Made by a program: the position numbers and the translations under genes
Notes under the pieces: generated by a model
Seen by the model: the letters and a program-made list of their open reading frames with translations, nothing else
Databases searched by the model: none
What the model was told of the DNA's origin: nothing
Origin: Escherichia phage pEC-N1203-2Af.1
Strand: one strand, 5' to 3'
Sequence record: OQ540978.1
DNA: 64,000 bases
In this document: piece by piece, positions 31,001 through 40,721 of the stretch
Numbering within the stretch: the stretch's first letter is position 1
How the letters are laid out: every line of letters starts with the position of its first letter

Positions 31001-31106
31001 ATCGAGCATTTATAGCATTAGTGAAAGCATTAGGAGCTAAGTCTGTCGGAGCCTGATCAGCGATAACGCCTACAGCACCTAACGACTTTATTGGATACAG
31101 CGCCAT
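28089..31106 (-). CDS. large tail protein with Ig-like (BIG2-type) domains
   Basis: 1005 aa; repeated Thr/Ser/Val-rich segments typical of Ig-like domains. Confidence 0.5.
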   Translation of the reverse strand: MALYPIKSLGAVGVIADQAPTDLAPNAFTNAINARFVEQRVFKTGGNAPLSYVDEDKDLTPLSFISMPFDYYSAGNSFLVVGTDKKLYKLTDESLTDISRKVATVTKKASASIKIYPVVSQIVPKESTISMNFNQTKNLEVSLLPADANNTDLVWEVSNSTYGSITVDPSDSKLATLTSFEREGNLVVTISTADDSVVAQIAVNIIDGDSGIFLSQDTVTIRKGGTTTLTAVTGKTPVTWSSNNASIVSVTPNANSLTAVITANGEGNVTITADNGTKTASCEVVSIPQIDSITLSQSDVIVSRGSQYILTATLSPANAPNQNITWTSSNPNIATVSGTSTQGTVNALLAGFTEITATTEEGNRVAVCTVRVDLAGRAMRTSAMAFAAPASEPIESQEEEAVTPTESEEVVYFAEPTSGIDTSGMYEGNNFYDYSNVNDIEGFARASLFATPLSSVTLDVVSASLDVGEEIVITATASPEGDYSYQWSVDKTGYVSTTSVTGKSIKLVALRKGEINVTCTVSQMTQKDYDAFDDYPWYHAVISNCAVATTHYETPQVKEFESEYFVDLPGWGEQTVVDNDGNPSVKKFNWKCERVRSFNNRLFALNMREANASGVTTNYPLRLRWSNFANENKAPTLWDDFAYDRVVSSDLASNIVGQTQALENGYAGYIDLADSNGSLIDILPLKDYLFVYTEFETYIGSPTNNTYQPLMFKKLFNDSGILAPECVVEVEGSHFVVTQNDVILHNGATKKSIASNRVKNMLINEVCLVNPLATRVHLHQDKKEVWVLYVGPGEPKESFACTKAAVWNYEFDTWSFRTIPYAQCIGLVDPPVLERGPIWSDFQEITWDDPSIKELVWRKDATNFRQRVTIVGSFLRGFYQVDVGALDYFYDRLNDVVIEKPLEMRLERTGMDFDNITNEWNQKHINRFRPQTTGSGTYTFEAGGSQFSNEYGHPHTSKTYTIGVDRHVSVRLNHPYLFYNVIDNDVNSNAAINGLTIEFAVGGRR

Positions 31107-31115
31107 AATTCCTCC

Positions 31116-31919
31116 TTAGCTAATACGTCTCCAAATGTGAGCCGCTCTGAATGGTGGCAAAGTGTTAATAGGTTGACGAGAAATGTCATCACGACCAAGA
31201 CTCACACTACCAGAGATTGTATGAGAGTGTGTGTCATTCTCTGTTCTCTGACTATAACCACTACCCGGACTGTACCAGTTAGGTGAGCTGTTATGACCGC
31301 TAGCATCCCCACGACCAAACACCATGTTGTGACTGTGGGTGTTACTGGATAAGGAGAAGCTGGAGCCATTAACTGTCATCAAAGGTACGTTCTCTGTACG
31401 AATGGTATTAAAGACACGACCACCTGTACCGCCTGCTTGGAACTCAACTCTCTGAGCATTAGGAACAGAACCATCAGGGTTTACAACACCAGTACCCATG
31501 ATAACACCAGTCACTTTAGCCCAAGAGCCAAACCCTAAGGAGATAGAATCACCGGGGTTAATATCTTCTTCAGTGATGTAGTAAGAGCCAATTCTATAGA
31601 GCTTATTCTCCATCCAGTTTTTCATGAACGCTTCCATCTGACCTTTAGTAACAACATCTTTGTCACCAGTACCCGGAGTGACGTTCTTAATCATCAGACC
31701 ACCAACATCCATTGCATCACCAGTAAACTTGAGCTTCTCTGACATAATCTTAAAAGTGTCAGAATCAATATCAACTGGTTCTGTGACATTGGGGAATGTG
31801 TTCTGTAGTGTTTGTTTAATGAGGCGGATTTGAGCCGCCCCTTCGTAGATATAATCCCTATCTCTAGGATAGAGCGGGTTTAAATCGGTAACAACTACCG
31901 CATTAGTCTCGATAGCCAA
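31116..31919 (-). CDS. virion structural protein (hypothetical)
   Basis: 267-aa ORF. Confidence 0.45.
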   Translation of the reverse strand: MAIETNAVVVTDLNPLYPRDRDYIYEGAAQIRLIKQTLQNTFPNVTEPVDIDSDTFKIMSEKLKFTGDAMDVGGLMIKNVTPGTGDKDVVTKGQMEAFMKNWMENKLYRIGSYYITEEDINPGDSISLGFGSWAKVTGVIMGTGVVNPDGSVPNAQRVEFQAGGTGGRVFNTIRTENVPLMTVNGSSFSLSSNTHSHNMVFGRGDASGHNSSPNWYSPGSGYSQRTENDTHSHTISGSVSLGRDDISRQPINTLPPFRAAHIWRRIS

Positions 31920-31931
31920 AAGGCACCTCCA

Positions 31932-32423
31932 TTAATATTTACCTTCAGTGTAAAGATCAGCTTCTGCAACCCTTCTATTATGAAGACCCTGACTTCTCTG
32001 CTTTTCTCCCCTGACCGTTATTTTATCCCAACGAAGAAATTCGGAATATACATCCCCTTTCACTTCTCCATTGATAACCTTCCTTAACTTAGATGTGCTC
32101 AAAGCACCACTGCCAACATTGAAGTTGAAAGAAGTGAGTGCATCAAACTCATGAACTAGCAAAGGAATCTTTATGTTCTTCTGAGTAGCACGAACAGAGT
32201 CTTGTGTGTCTCTATCTAGCAGAGCTAGACAATCCTCTATAGAATACGTTAATCCTTGTCTAACCGGATAACCATTCATATCGCGCGTAGCCCCTACACA
32301 TATCGTCCAGATACCTGCGGAATCTTTATAAGCCTTGGTTCTCATACCCTCATGCTTCATGATGAATTCCATTCCAGCTGGGCTTAAGTTTAATTGTACA
32401 GGCGGCAATGCGGCGTTATCCAT
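31932..32423 (-). CDS. endolysin, T4-type lysozyme (GH24)
   Basis: FIMKHEGMRTKAYKDSAGIWTICVGAT matches the lysozyme catalytic region. Confidence 0.7.
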   Translation of the reverse strand: MDNAALPPVQLNLSPAGMEFIMKHEGMRTKAYKDSAGIWTICVGATRDMNGYPVRQGLTYSIEDCLALLDRDTQDSVRATQKNIKIPLLVHEFDALTSFNFNVGSGALSTSKLRKVINGEVKGDVYSEFLRWDKITVRGEKQRSQGLHNRRVAEADLYTEGKY

Positions 32424-32451
32424 TTCTAACCTCCTTTGTAGTCCCTTTAAA

Positions 32452-32670
32452 TTAAGGTAGTATCTTTCTCAGAGCGTTAGATTCAGCATCAGGACAAATA
32501 ACAACTAGGTTATTTTGAATTGTTCTCTGCTTGCATTGAGAGCTAAGCTTCTCTACTGGAGCAGGGACAGTTACTAATGGATGAACTGCGCTTACAGGAA
32601 CTGCGGTTGACACCACAACGCCTGCACCTAAACAGATTAAACCATATGCAGCCTGTTTCATCATTTTCAT
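32452..32670 (-). CDS. small membrane or secreted protein next to endolysin (possible holin)
   Basis: N-terminal MKMMKQ then 23-residue hydrophobic stretch. Confidence 0.35.
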   Translation of the reverse strand: MKMMKQAAYGLICLGAGVVVSTAVPVSAVHPLVTVPAPVEKLSSQCKQRTIQNNLVVICPDAESNALRKILP

Positions 32671-32829
32671 TTTAGTATCTCCTATATATTAACCTCTTGG
32701 GATATATTAGTTTCATTACTTACTAAGGGTACTTACTACTAAAGCCCCCGAAGGGGCTTATATTACTTCTCTGATAATTTTGTTTCTAAAGCCTCGACCT
32801 TATAGCAAGACTGAAGGTTATTTGCCAGA

Positions 32830-33039
32830 TTAGTCGGGAAGCGGGATGTTGAAAAGTTCTTCAAACTTTCCCGCGTCACTCAAAGGTTTTGCAGCAATGT
32901 AATAATTCTGCCACTCGACCAGTTTATCCTTATAGTCATCCATGAAACTTGACATTGCAGTACATTCTTGTATTTTAGTTACACACACTGAAAGTCTCAT
33001 TTCAGCTGTTTTAACGTAGTCAATATTTGTATTAATCAT
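32830..33039 (-). CDS. hypothetical protein
   Basis: Start moved to ATG at 33039 (GGAGGGA upstream). Confidence 0.35.
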   Translation of the reverse strand: MINTNIDYVKTAEMRLSVCVTKIQECTAMSSFMDDYKDKLVEWQNYYIAAKPLSDAGKFEELFNIPLPD

Positions 33040-33040
33040 A

Positions 33041-34918
33041 TTACTCCCTCCAAGTAGATTGAATGACGCCGGTTGCACTTAAAAGTACCCACACCACAAT
33101 AGTAGATGAGGACCTATTGTGGATAAACCCAGAGCACCGACTTAGGCCAAGACCCTCGCACTTAACATCCCAATCCGCAGAGTTACCAGCCTCACCAATA
33201 ACTGATAAACTAGGATAGTTAGTGAAAGGTGATGCCCCTTCATCCACAAAATTCCAATTCCAATTTGTAGCAGAGTTAGGGGGGCAGGTTACAGGATAAC
33301 GTCGTGATATAATCTGCCAACCGCGAGTATTGTTCTTAATAATGTTAAGTGACTGACCACCTGTTCCGGAATTGGTAACCTGATAGGCATCCCTAATAGG
33401 TCTATCATAGGATGATGATGTGCCTGTGCGGTTATCAGTGACACGAATAATCGGGATAATTTCTCCATTTTCCGTATAGCGCGTCATAATACTTGAGCCT
33501 ACACGTAGTGCACCGTTGACTCTATACTCACTGGAAACTTCCCCGCCGTAAATACTCACATCAGATGGAGGTACAGTGGTGCCACTATTAATAACAGACC
33601 AAGAAGTATTGGCAGCAGTAAATCCACCAGAGGCGCGGATAATCCAGATGCCACCTGCGTGGTTCGGAGCAAGGGTATTACCCAGCTTGCCGTAGGTGTC
33701 ATTAGATGATGTTGCGCTAAACAATATCTGGTCGCCCTTCTCCGTACCTCCAACGGTTAATGAGCTACCTGAATCCATCACTCCCAGCTTAAAGGCACCA
33801 CTGGCATCCGACGCATCCGCATTCGCACCGTGAGTATAAAAAGTCCCGGTGATATTCGGTGCAGATTGGGGGGCAACGACCCCCGCAACCCCATCAACAG
33901 TCCAATCCGTCGACTTTCCACTTGAGCCTGACAAGAAGATTCGACTCAGAGAATCGGTCTGAACCCCGTTCAAATCAGGAACGCGGAAGTTCGTCGACCC
34001 ATCCCCGGTCGAGTATTTAGCCCTGTGAAGGAACTTAACCCCGACAGCGTTCAGCCAGCCCGTCTCGTCAATAGACATCAACAACCCAGCATCTACAGCC
34101 GCCCACAAGTCAGGGTAATCGGTACGAGTCAATAGTTGACCATCAGCAGCGACATACCCAGCCGGCAACTTGACTCTTGAGCCCTGCCACCACTCCACCG
34201 CACCGATAAAGTTATTCATCACCCCACTCATGGAGGCACCGCCACCACTGCCGCCACTATTTCGGAGTTGTCTCACTGTCACAGCATCGTAGTCCCCAAC
34301 ACCATCTGGTACAGTAACAGGTTGGGTAAAGGTTACTTTCTGGGTGAGTTGTTTGATATCGGAGTTGATACCGGTACGGTTTACACCAATAGTCCGACCT
34401 TTGGAATCTTTGACATAAGAACCAATTGCAGCAAAAGGCAAATCCTCAATCTCTGGACGATATCGTTTAGAATACACAGGGTATTTAGTTTCTACTCCGG
34501 AGTCGTTCTGGTCTACAACCTGAAGACGACCAGCAGAGTGAATCTCTACCCCTTGAACAGAAGAAGCATAGCTACCAATCTTGATTGCGTTGTCAGTAGT
34601 AACCTTCATCATATCAACTGACTCTACACCATTAGCCCCAGCAGAACGGAAAGGGATGTTATTATCTACAAAAGGGTCTGCTTTGAACAAAGCACCTTCC
34701 ATGATAGGTTGAATTGAATCTAATACATAATCTTTAGATGCACCTTCTGTTTTAGTTTGATATACATCAGCCGCTTCTGTTTTCTGCAAGTATTTATCAG
34801 TTAAATTTACAGCTCCAGCAACACCATCTACAGTGGAAACGCCAACAACAGCTGCATCTCTGGAAACAACAACATATGGTTGAAGTATACCAGATTTGGG
34901 CATTAAATCTCTAGACAT
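33041..34918 (-). CDS. tail fibre protein (paralog 2)
   Basis: Shares YPDLW...GDGSTNFRVPD and FTAANTSWSVINS blocks with the 1103-aa fibre. Confidence 0.6.
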   Translation of the reverse strand: MSRDLMPKSGILQPYVVVSRDAAVVGVSTVDGVAGAVNLTDKYLQKTEAADVYQTKTEGASKDYVLDSIQPIMEGALFKADPFVDNNIPFRSAGANGVESVDMMKVTTDNAIKIGSYASSVQGVEIHSAGRLQVVDQNDSGVETKYPVYSKRYRPEIEDLPFAAIGSYVKDSKGRTIGVNRTGINSDIKQLTQKVTFTQPVTVPDGVGDYDAVTVRQLRNSGGSGGGASMSGVMNNFIGAVEWWQGSRVKLPAGYVAADGQLLTRTDYPDLWAAVDAGLLMSIDETGWLNAVGVKFLHRAKYSTGDGSTNFRVPDLNGVQTDSLSRIFLSGSSGKSTDWTVDGVAGVVAPQSAPNITGTFYTHGANADASDASGAFKLGVMDSGSSLTVGGTEKGDQILFSATSSNDTYGKLGNTLAPNHAGGIWIIRASGGFTAANTSWSVINSGTTVPPSDVSIYGGEVSSEYRVNGALRVGSSIMTRYTENGEIIPIIRVTDNRTGTSSSYDRPIRDAYQVTNSGTGGQSLNIIKNNTRGWQIISRRYPVTCPPNSATNWNWNFVDEGASPFTNYPSLSVIGEAGNSADWDVKCEGLGLSRCSGFIHNRSSSTIVVWVLLSATGVIQSTWRE

Positions 34919-34959
34919 TTAAATCTCCTTAAAGCTCCCCGAAGGGAGCATTATTTATA

Positions 34960-37900
34960 TTACCGTGCTCTTAATTCATTTACTTCTTTCTCAAGAGCTT
35001 CTATTCTATCTAACAAAACTAAGAGGACTTCGTGATGCAGTGCAGCAGCTACCCCATAGGTGTCTACAGACTTAACATCTTTCACAATAGTTCCATCTTT
35101 CAATTCAGTGTCTGAATATTGGAGAGCCTTAACAGCGTCAGGGAAAACCTTCTCCACATCTTGCGCAAGGAAGCCAATACCATTAGGTTTAGGAAGTTTA
35201 TCAAGACGTTCCCAAGTAACCCCTTTGATAGCCTTAAGTTTTTCAATGGGATTCTCAATACGCTTGATGTTAGTTTTAAGTCTTTCGTCTGAAGTGCTTG
35301 ACCAGTTCCCTGCTTGAGCGGTTCCGTCCGGCATGAACTTAAAATCAGCTGCTACACCTTGACCGTTGTTTACCGCAATCTGAGCATGAATCAGGTCTGT
35401 ACCAGTACCACGAACGCCACCAAGAGTGTAACTACCATCATACCAATCTCCAGAGAAATAAGAAACATATCCAGGAGTGGTTTGATTGAAGTTAATCATC
35501 CTCATACCGTTCCTCTCACTGGCTGCTACACCAACAGAGGCGTTAGCTCTGACCAGCAAGTCAGTGGGTCTTAGGTATGCATCAATTGTTAGTGCCCCAT
35601 CAGGTCTTTCTGTGCCAAGCTGAGATACTGCATTAGGAAGAACTAACGTTCCAGCATTATTGAATTTCCACTCCTGAGACCCGTTTAAGATTTTAGCTCC
35701 AGATGTTCCGGAGGCTCCGTCAATTTGCCCATAAGCAGATAAGGTTGCTGAGTAAGTTAGGTCGGTCCCTATTTTATACTCAGAGCGGACTAAACCACCA
35801 GACACCGTAAACCCAGTAGAAGGTTTGGTTGCATCGGAGTTAATAACAGACCAAGATGTATTAGCAGCAGTAAATCCACCATTAGCACGAATTACCCAGA
35901 CACCGGTGAAGCTGTTGGTGCGGACTTCGGTCGTGTTGTCGCGCCCATAAACAGAACTGGAAATGGAAGCATCAAGCGTTACAGATGCTGCTGCCGTGTT
36001 GAGGCCAGAATCCGCTGAAACGTTGGGGCGCCTTTTATCCTGCGCCCCCGCTTGCATAGCACCAGTGGCCGAGCCAATCACACCATAGTTGAAATCGTTC
36101 ACCAGAGTGACAAATTCGCCTACGATGTTTGGCGCGGCGCTGCGGAATATTTTACCGTTATTGCTCGATACACCACCGTCACCGCGAGCATACAGACCAG
36201 AGATAGACCCACTTTGGACACCATTTCGGTCCGGGACACGGAAAGTAGTAGAACCATCCCCCAGTGAATATTTACCCCTTTGTTGGGGGTCAGCCAGCCA
36301 AGCAGCATCTGTGATAGGGGATAATGCTTGAGCATAAGCCCACAGATCTGGATATGCCGTACGAGATAATAATTGACCGTCAGAAGTTACGTCATTAGAG
36401 TGAATAAGAGCACGACTGTCTACTAAACGGAAATCGCCAATATTGAAATTAGAGACACCGTTCAAGCTAGCCCCACCACCGCCACCCCCTTGGTTTCTTA
36501 ACTGACGTAAGGTAACAGCATCCAGATCACTTACAGCATCTCCACCCAGTCGAGTAGGGCCAACCAAACCCTCAAGCTTAGTGATATCCCCGTTAACCCC
36601 AGCAGAGGTTATAGCAGCAGCCCCTATTTCAGCAGGAGTTGGTTTATTAGCCTCAGTGTAAAACTTCTTCTCTCCCGAATCGTTTACATAAACAGGGACA
36701 TCAGAAGATAAGATTTTAGCTTTAACTGTATCACTACCGAGAAGAACGGAACCATCAGTTGCAACAGTTGCTATATTAATAGATGTTCCAGAACTCGCGG
36801 TACCCGTTAACACAATACCAGAGCTGAGATTTAGATGGCCTGTCATCTTACCACCAGTAGTAGGAAGGGCACCTACATCTGATGCTGTGACTGTAACATT
36901 ACCTGTTGCTTCATTAGGGATCTTACCGTTAACAGCAACAACATAAGGAACCTGAGAAAGAGGTCTTCCATCATACTGAGTGTCATTTGTTTTACTTGGA
37001 GATCTAATTGCCTCACCACCTGTCCAATCGGGAAGTCGAATATTGATAAAATTTGTTGAATCCGCATCAGTAACCCCATCAGCCAATTTGCCCCAAGAGA
37101 AATACTGTTTAGCTCCAGCTTGCCACGCAGTTTCAGAAACAACAGGAAGTTGACCACTGACAAGAGATGGACCTAAATCAGCAGCGTTATCTTTAGACAC
37201 TAAACGACCATCAGCTGGAAGAACACCCGGATATGACACCTGTTTGGCTGGGTCATAAGGGAACATTAACATCTCACCCAAATACAAAGATGGGTTACCG
37301 GTAGGTATTGTAATATCAATATTACCAGTAGAATCTGGAACTCGAGAGTTTACTGTAACAATCCTATTTTCTGTTTTAGAAAGAGTTAGTGTTTTATCAG
37401 CAGCTACAGTGTAGAAGACGTATTTATAATCCTCCCAAACTAGGATGTTTTCACCAACCTTTCGGTTAACTGCATCAGCATCCGCAGCAGCTTTGGTTCT
37501 GTAGGTTTTAACATACCCATCCACTTTACCATCAACTTGAGAGATACTATAAGAGGCTACGTTAACTACATTATTAAGACCTACAGTAGTTTTGTCTAGG
37601 ACCAGATTAACTTCGCCATCAGCAGGTGTTCCACCGTTGACAGAAACAGAACGAACAGATGGGATTAAGTTAGCGATGTTCTCTAGAGTAGTTTTGTGGA
37701 CAGTGTTGTCATCTTTGTCAACATAGAAACCTAAGTCACCTAACTCTGGAACACCGGTAGGTGCTGTATCTAAATCCTTAACAGAACCATCCTTTCCGGG
37801 ATCACCTTCTGGAATACCTAAAGAGATTACACCAGTGGTCGGATTAAAAGAACCAGTAGCTTGACTCCCCGGAGGAAGGGTAGTTACATCAACAGACATT

Positions 37901-38271
37901 CCCAACAGAACATCAAGCTGTTTCTGGACTTCAATGAGCTTCTGATTAATGAGAGCAACAGCGTTATTAGCATCAGAGACTGCTGCGTTAGTTTGAGCAA
38001 CCAAGCTCATCAGACGAGCATCTTGATCTATAAAATCCTGCTTAAGATCTTCAATGTCTTGCTTCATCAGAACACCTTGTTGATACAGACGTTCTACTTC
38101 AGCGATCAAGTCATCAATTGTACCAAACTTAGATTCCGCTAGCAGTGCCCAATATTTAGAATCAGCTGCATATTCTGCTGCTTGCTTGTAAGCTCCGATA
38201 GAGCCTTCAGTAGCACCAAACTGCCCAACATTATTCACTGCATCAGGTGCTTGGTTATTATAAACGATCAT
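34960..38271 (-). CDS. tail fibre protein with C-terminal intramolecular chaperone (peptidase S74-like)
   Basis: C-terminal SDERLKTNIKRIEN...GVTWERLDK matches the S74 auto-cleaving chaperone motif; tail-collar-like GDGSTTFRVPD. Confidence 0.65.
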   Translation of the reverse strand: MIVYNNQAPDAVNNVGQFGATEGSIGAYKQAAEYAADSKYWALLAESKFGTIDDLIAEVERLYQQGVLMKQDIEDLKQDFIDQDARLMSLVAQTNAAVSDANNAVALINQKLIEVQKQLDVLLGMSVDVTTLPPGSQATGSFNPTTGVISLGIPEGDPGKDGSVKDLDTAPTGVPELGDLGFYVDKDDNTVHKTTLENIANLIPSVRSVSVNGGTPADGEVNLVLDKTTVGLNNVVNVASYSISQVDGKVDGYVKTYRTKAAADADAVNRKVGENILVWEDYKYVFYTVAADKTLTLSKTENRIVTVNSRVPDSTGNIDITIPTGNPSLYLGEMLMFPYDPAKQVSYPGVLPADGRLVSKDNAADLGPSLVSGQLPVVSETAWQAGAKQYFSWGKLADGVTDADSTNFINIRLPDWTGGEAIRSPSKTNDTQYDGRPLSQVPYVVAVNGKIPNEATGNVTVTASDVGALPTTGGKMTGHLNLSSGIVLTGTASSGTSINIATVATDGSVLLGSDTVKAKILSSDVPVYVNDSGEKKFYTEANKPTPAEIGAAAITSAGVNGDITKLEGLVGPTRLGGDAVSDLDAVTLRQLRNQGGGGGGASLNGVSNFNIGDFRLVDSRALIHSNDVTSDGQLLSRTAYPDLWAYAQALSPITDAAWLADPQQRGKYSLGDGSTTFRVPDRNGVQSGSISGLYARGDGGVSSNNGKIFRSAAPNIVGEFVTLVNDFNYGVIGSATGAMQAGAQDKRRPNVSADSGLNTAAASVTLDASISSSVYGRDNTTEVRTNSFTGVWVIRANGGFTAANTSWSVINSDATKPSTGFTVSGGLVRSEYKIGTDLTYSATLSAYGQIDGASGTSGAKILNGSQEWKFNNAGTLVLPNAVSQLGTERPDGALTIDAYLRPTDLLVRANASVGVAASERNGMRMINFNQTTPGYVSYFSGDWYDGSYTLGGVRGTGTDLIHAQIAVNNGQGVAADFKFMPDGTAQAGNWSSTSDERLKTNIKRIENPIEKLKAIKGVTWERLDKLPKPNGIGFLAQDVEKVFPDAVKALQYSDTELKDGTIVKDVKSVDTYGVAAALHHEVLLVLLDRIEALEKEVNELRAR

Positions 38272-38280
38272 ATTATCTCC

Positions 38281-39033
38281 TTATACACGAGAAGTACGAA
38301 TACCATAAATATCAGGCAGGCTGCTCTGAAGTCGAGTCATGTTATTCGGAATTGCGATAGGTGAACCTGAGTACTCTTGCTTCTTATTCTGCTCTACCAT
38401 TTCATCAAGGATAGCTTTTCCTAATGCTGACCATTTCTGAACTCCATTATCATCTTGAACAAACAAGCAAGCATGACGTAGAGTGAAATACAGAAGAAGT
38501 TCTGGTGCAATAGTAAGGATAGCACTGGTATCTGTATCTTCATGGAACTCCGGTGGGTCTGCATAATAACTAAGAATGACTGAGTTTTCTGCTGGAATCA
38601 AAGGACTTCCATCATCAGGATAAACAGGAGTATCTGCTTCAATGCTAGGGTAGAAAATGAAACGACTACCGAAACGAGCAAAGTTAACAGGTTGGTTATT
38701 CCAGTGAGATGGGTTAATTGTTCCATGCTGTCTACGATAGCTAATCTCTTCAGGAGATGTTACTTGGAAGATTGTACCATCTTTGGCTCTCATCATCCAT
38801 TGAGCTTCTAAGTAATCAGGAGGAATGTAAGCTACTCCATCTTTAATATCTAAATACACTTCTTTTTCCAGAGGAGGAATACGTAAGTTACGATAAATCT
38901 CTTTCTCTGCAAAGTTAATAAAGTTTGGAATTTGATTAACAAATTCGTCATCGTCCCTATCTGCCCAGAGGGCCACGGCCTTCTTTAGCCACCCATAGGT
39001 ATTGATGGGGTATTGAACATCTGGCATCGCCAT
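38281..39033 (-). CDS. virion structural protein (hypothetical)
   Basis: 250-aa ORF preceded by terminator and TAATGTATA motif. Confidence 0.45.
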   Translation of the reverse strand: MAMPDVQYPINTYGWLKKAVALWADRDDDEFVNQIPNFINFAEKEIYRNLRIPPLEKEVYLDIKDGVAYIPPDYLEAQWMMRAKDGTIFQVTSPEEISYRRQHGTINPSHWNNQPVNFARFGSRFIFYPSIEADTPVYPDDGSPLIPAENSVILSYYADPPEFHEDTDTSAILTIAPELLLYFTLRHACLFVQDDNGVQKWSALGKAILDEMVEQNKKQEYSGSPIAIPNNMTRLQSSLPDIYGIRTSRV

Positions 39034-39066
39034 AGGTTGTCCTCCTTGTTATATGTAGACAAAGAA

Positions 39067-39075
39067 TATACATTA
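39067..39075 (-). promoter_or_regulatory. candidate phage-sigma late promoter motif TAATGTATA
   Basis: Exact motif on - strand about 33 nt upstream of the ATG at 39033. Confidence 0.4.
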
Positions 39076-39100
39076 CACACTAGCTTGTATAGGTCTTAAA

Positions 39101-39126
39101 ACAAGAAAAGCCACCCGAAGGCAGCT
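39101..39126 (-). terminator. rho-independent terminator after capsid genes
   Basis: On - strand AGCTGCC-TTCG-GGTGGCT then TTTTCTTGT. Confidence 0.55.
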
Positions 39127-39132
39127 TTAGTT

Positions 39133-39681
39133 TTAGGCTTTGGGGGTAACACCTGTGAATTCACAAGTGGCTGTTACAAGAGGTTTAGTCTTGTGTGTAG
39201 CTGCAACAGAGACTGTACCAGTAGCAGCATCAGCAAGAGTCAAAAGACCAGCTGCACTGACAGTACCTGCTTCAGTAGGGGTTACAACAAAATCATAATC
39301 ACTACCAGCAGAATTGGTTACAGTAAACATTGTAGAGAAGGCAGTAGTAGAACCACCGACTTTACCAGCAATAGGACCACGACTTACAATTGTAGGTTCA
39401 GGGTCAGCAATAGCTGAGATCGTAGATGTACCGGATTTACCACCTTTAGTAGCTTTCACTGTAATCGGGGTTTCTTGCGACGCACTCGGTGCAGTGTACA
39501 GTCCAGAAACAGAAATAGCCCCACCACCCTCAACGGACCAAACAAATCCAGTTGTTGATGTGGAGCTATCACTCATTTGTGCTGTAGCTGTAAACTGCTG
39601 AGTAGCCCCCGTCGGAAGGCTTGCAACCGACGAAGGACTAACAGTTATGGTATCTACTGTTACGCCGCCACCGCCTTTCCC
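39133..39681 (-). CDS. Ig-like capsid extension expressed by -1 frameshift from the major capsid gene
   Basis: -1 frame open from 39741 to 39133; reads GKGGGGVTVDTITVSPSSVASLPTGATQQFTATAQ... continuous with the Ig-like ORF. Confidence 0.6.
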   Translation of the reverse strand, partial: GKGGGGVTVDTITVSPSSVASLPTGATQQFTATAQMSDSSTSTTGFVWSVEGGGAISVSGLYTAPSASQETPITVKATKGGKSGTSTISAIADPEPTIVSRGPIAGKVGGSTTAFSTMFTVTNSAGSDYDFVVTPTEAGTVSAAGLLTLADAATGTVSVAATHKTKPLVTATCEFTGVTPKA

Positions 39682-40721
39682 GCAGCAGTGAACAGAACGC
39701 CGGAAGCATACGGGTTGCGGTGACGCAGACCAACTTCCATCTCAATCATCCACTTCTCGTAAGAACCATCTTTCGCCAGTTCAGTACGTTTCGGAGCACG
39801 CAGAACCATCTGGGTCCAGTCAGCGCTACGGAAGAAGTAAACTGCATCGGTAGGCATCCAACGGTTAACGATGATTTTGTAGCTCTGGCCCAGCGGGTCA
39901 GTGATGCTGTTAACTTCGTAGATGAACTGCTTGGTGTTCTCAAAGATACGCTTACGTGAACCCTGAGTATTTTCTTGCAGACCAGCGAAGATCTTAGCAT
40001 GAGCCGGGTTAATCATGATGATATCTGCTTCAGAACCAGCGGTGTAAAGTTGCAGAGTCATATCAAAGATATCTGCTTCATCAAAACCGATGTTAGTAGC
40101 CGGGTTAGAAGCGTTCTGTGCAACTTTAACAGTGATTGCACCGGTATCTGGGTCAGCAGGACCATTCTTGGTTTTGTCAACAACGCCACCAGCCAGACCG
40201 CCGTGAGCACACAGGAACTGGAAAGCACCAGTCTTACGAGCTGCATGGGTGTCGTTCTTACCGATCTGAGCCGGATCAGCGGCAGAGTTAGTCAGATACT
40301 GGTCAGCCAGAACGTCGGTACGAGCCTGACCGGACAGAAGGATTTTCTCGAGGTCACGCTTGATCTCTTTACCTTTCTTCTCCAGCTGATACATCAGTTC
40401 ACGACCACGACCGTAGTTAGCGGTGGTGTTAGCAGTGTCAGAAACACGAACAACCTTACGCAGAATCTGAGTAACGTTAGACTTGATAACAGTCGGTTTC
40501 ATTTCGCCGTCTTCAGCACGAGAGCCTTCGACGTGTGCGTTATTACCATCAACGCTTGCCAGTGCATCGGTCTGCCAGCTAAAGATAGTCTGGTTGATAG
40601 ACTCTTTACCGGTCATAGATACGAACGGAGTATCCTGAGGGGACAGAACAGAAATCCAGTTAGCAAAAGAAAGTTTTTTACCATTCTGGTCATACGATAC
40701 AAATAAAGTTGGATTAGCCAT
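39660..40721 (-). CDS. major capsid protein
   Basis: 353-aa ORF immediately after the scaffold gene; carries the frameshift site. Confidence 0.65.
   Translation of the reverse strand: MANPTLFVSYDQNGKKLSFANWISVLSPQDTPFVSMTGKESINQTIFSWQTDALASVDGNNAHVEGSRAEDGEMKPTVIKSNVTQILRKVVRVSDTANTTANYGRGRELMYQLEKKGKEIKRDLEKILLSGQARTDVLADQYLTNSAADPAQIGKNDTHAARKTGAFQFLCAHGGLAGGVVDKTKNGPADPDTGAITVKVAQNASNPATNIGFDEADIFDMTLQLYTAGSEADIIMINPAHAKIFAGLQENTQGSRKRIFENTKQFIYEVNSITDPLGQSYKIIVNRWMPTDAVYFFRSADWTQMVLRAPKRTELAKDGSYEKWMIEMEVGLRHRNPYASGVLFTAAGKAVAA
39675..39681 (-). other. -1 programmed frameshift slippery heptamer G GGA AAG
   Basis: X XXY YYZ heptamer in zero frame, 5 codons before the capsid stop; the -1 frame is open from here into the Ig domain. 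Confidence 0.55.
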
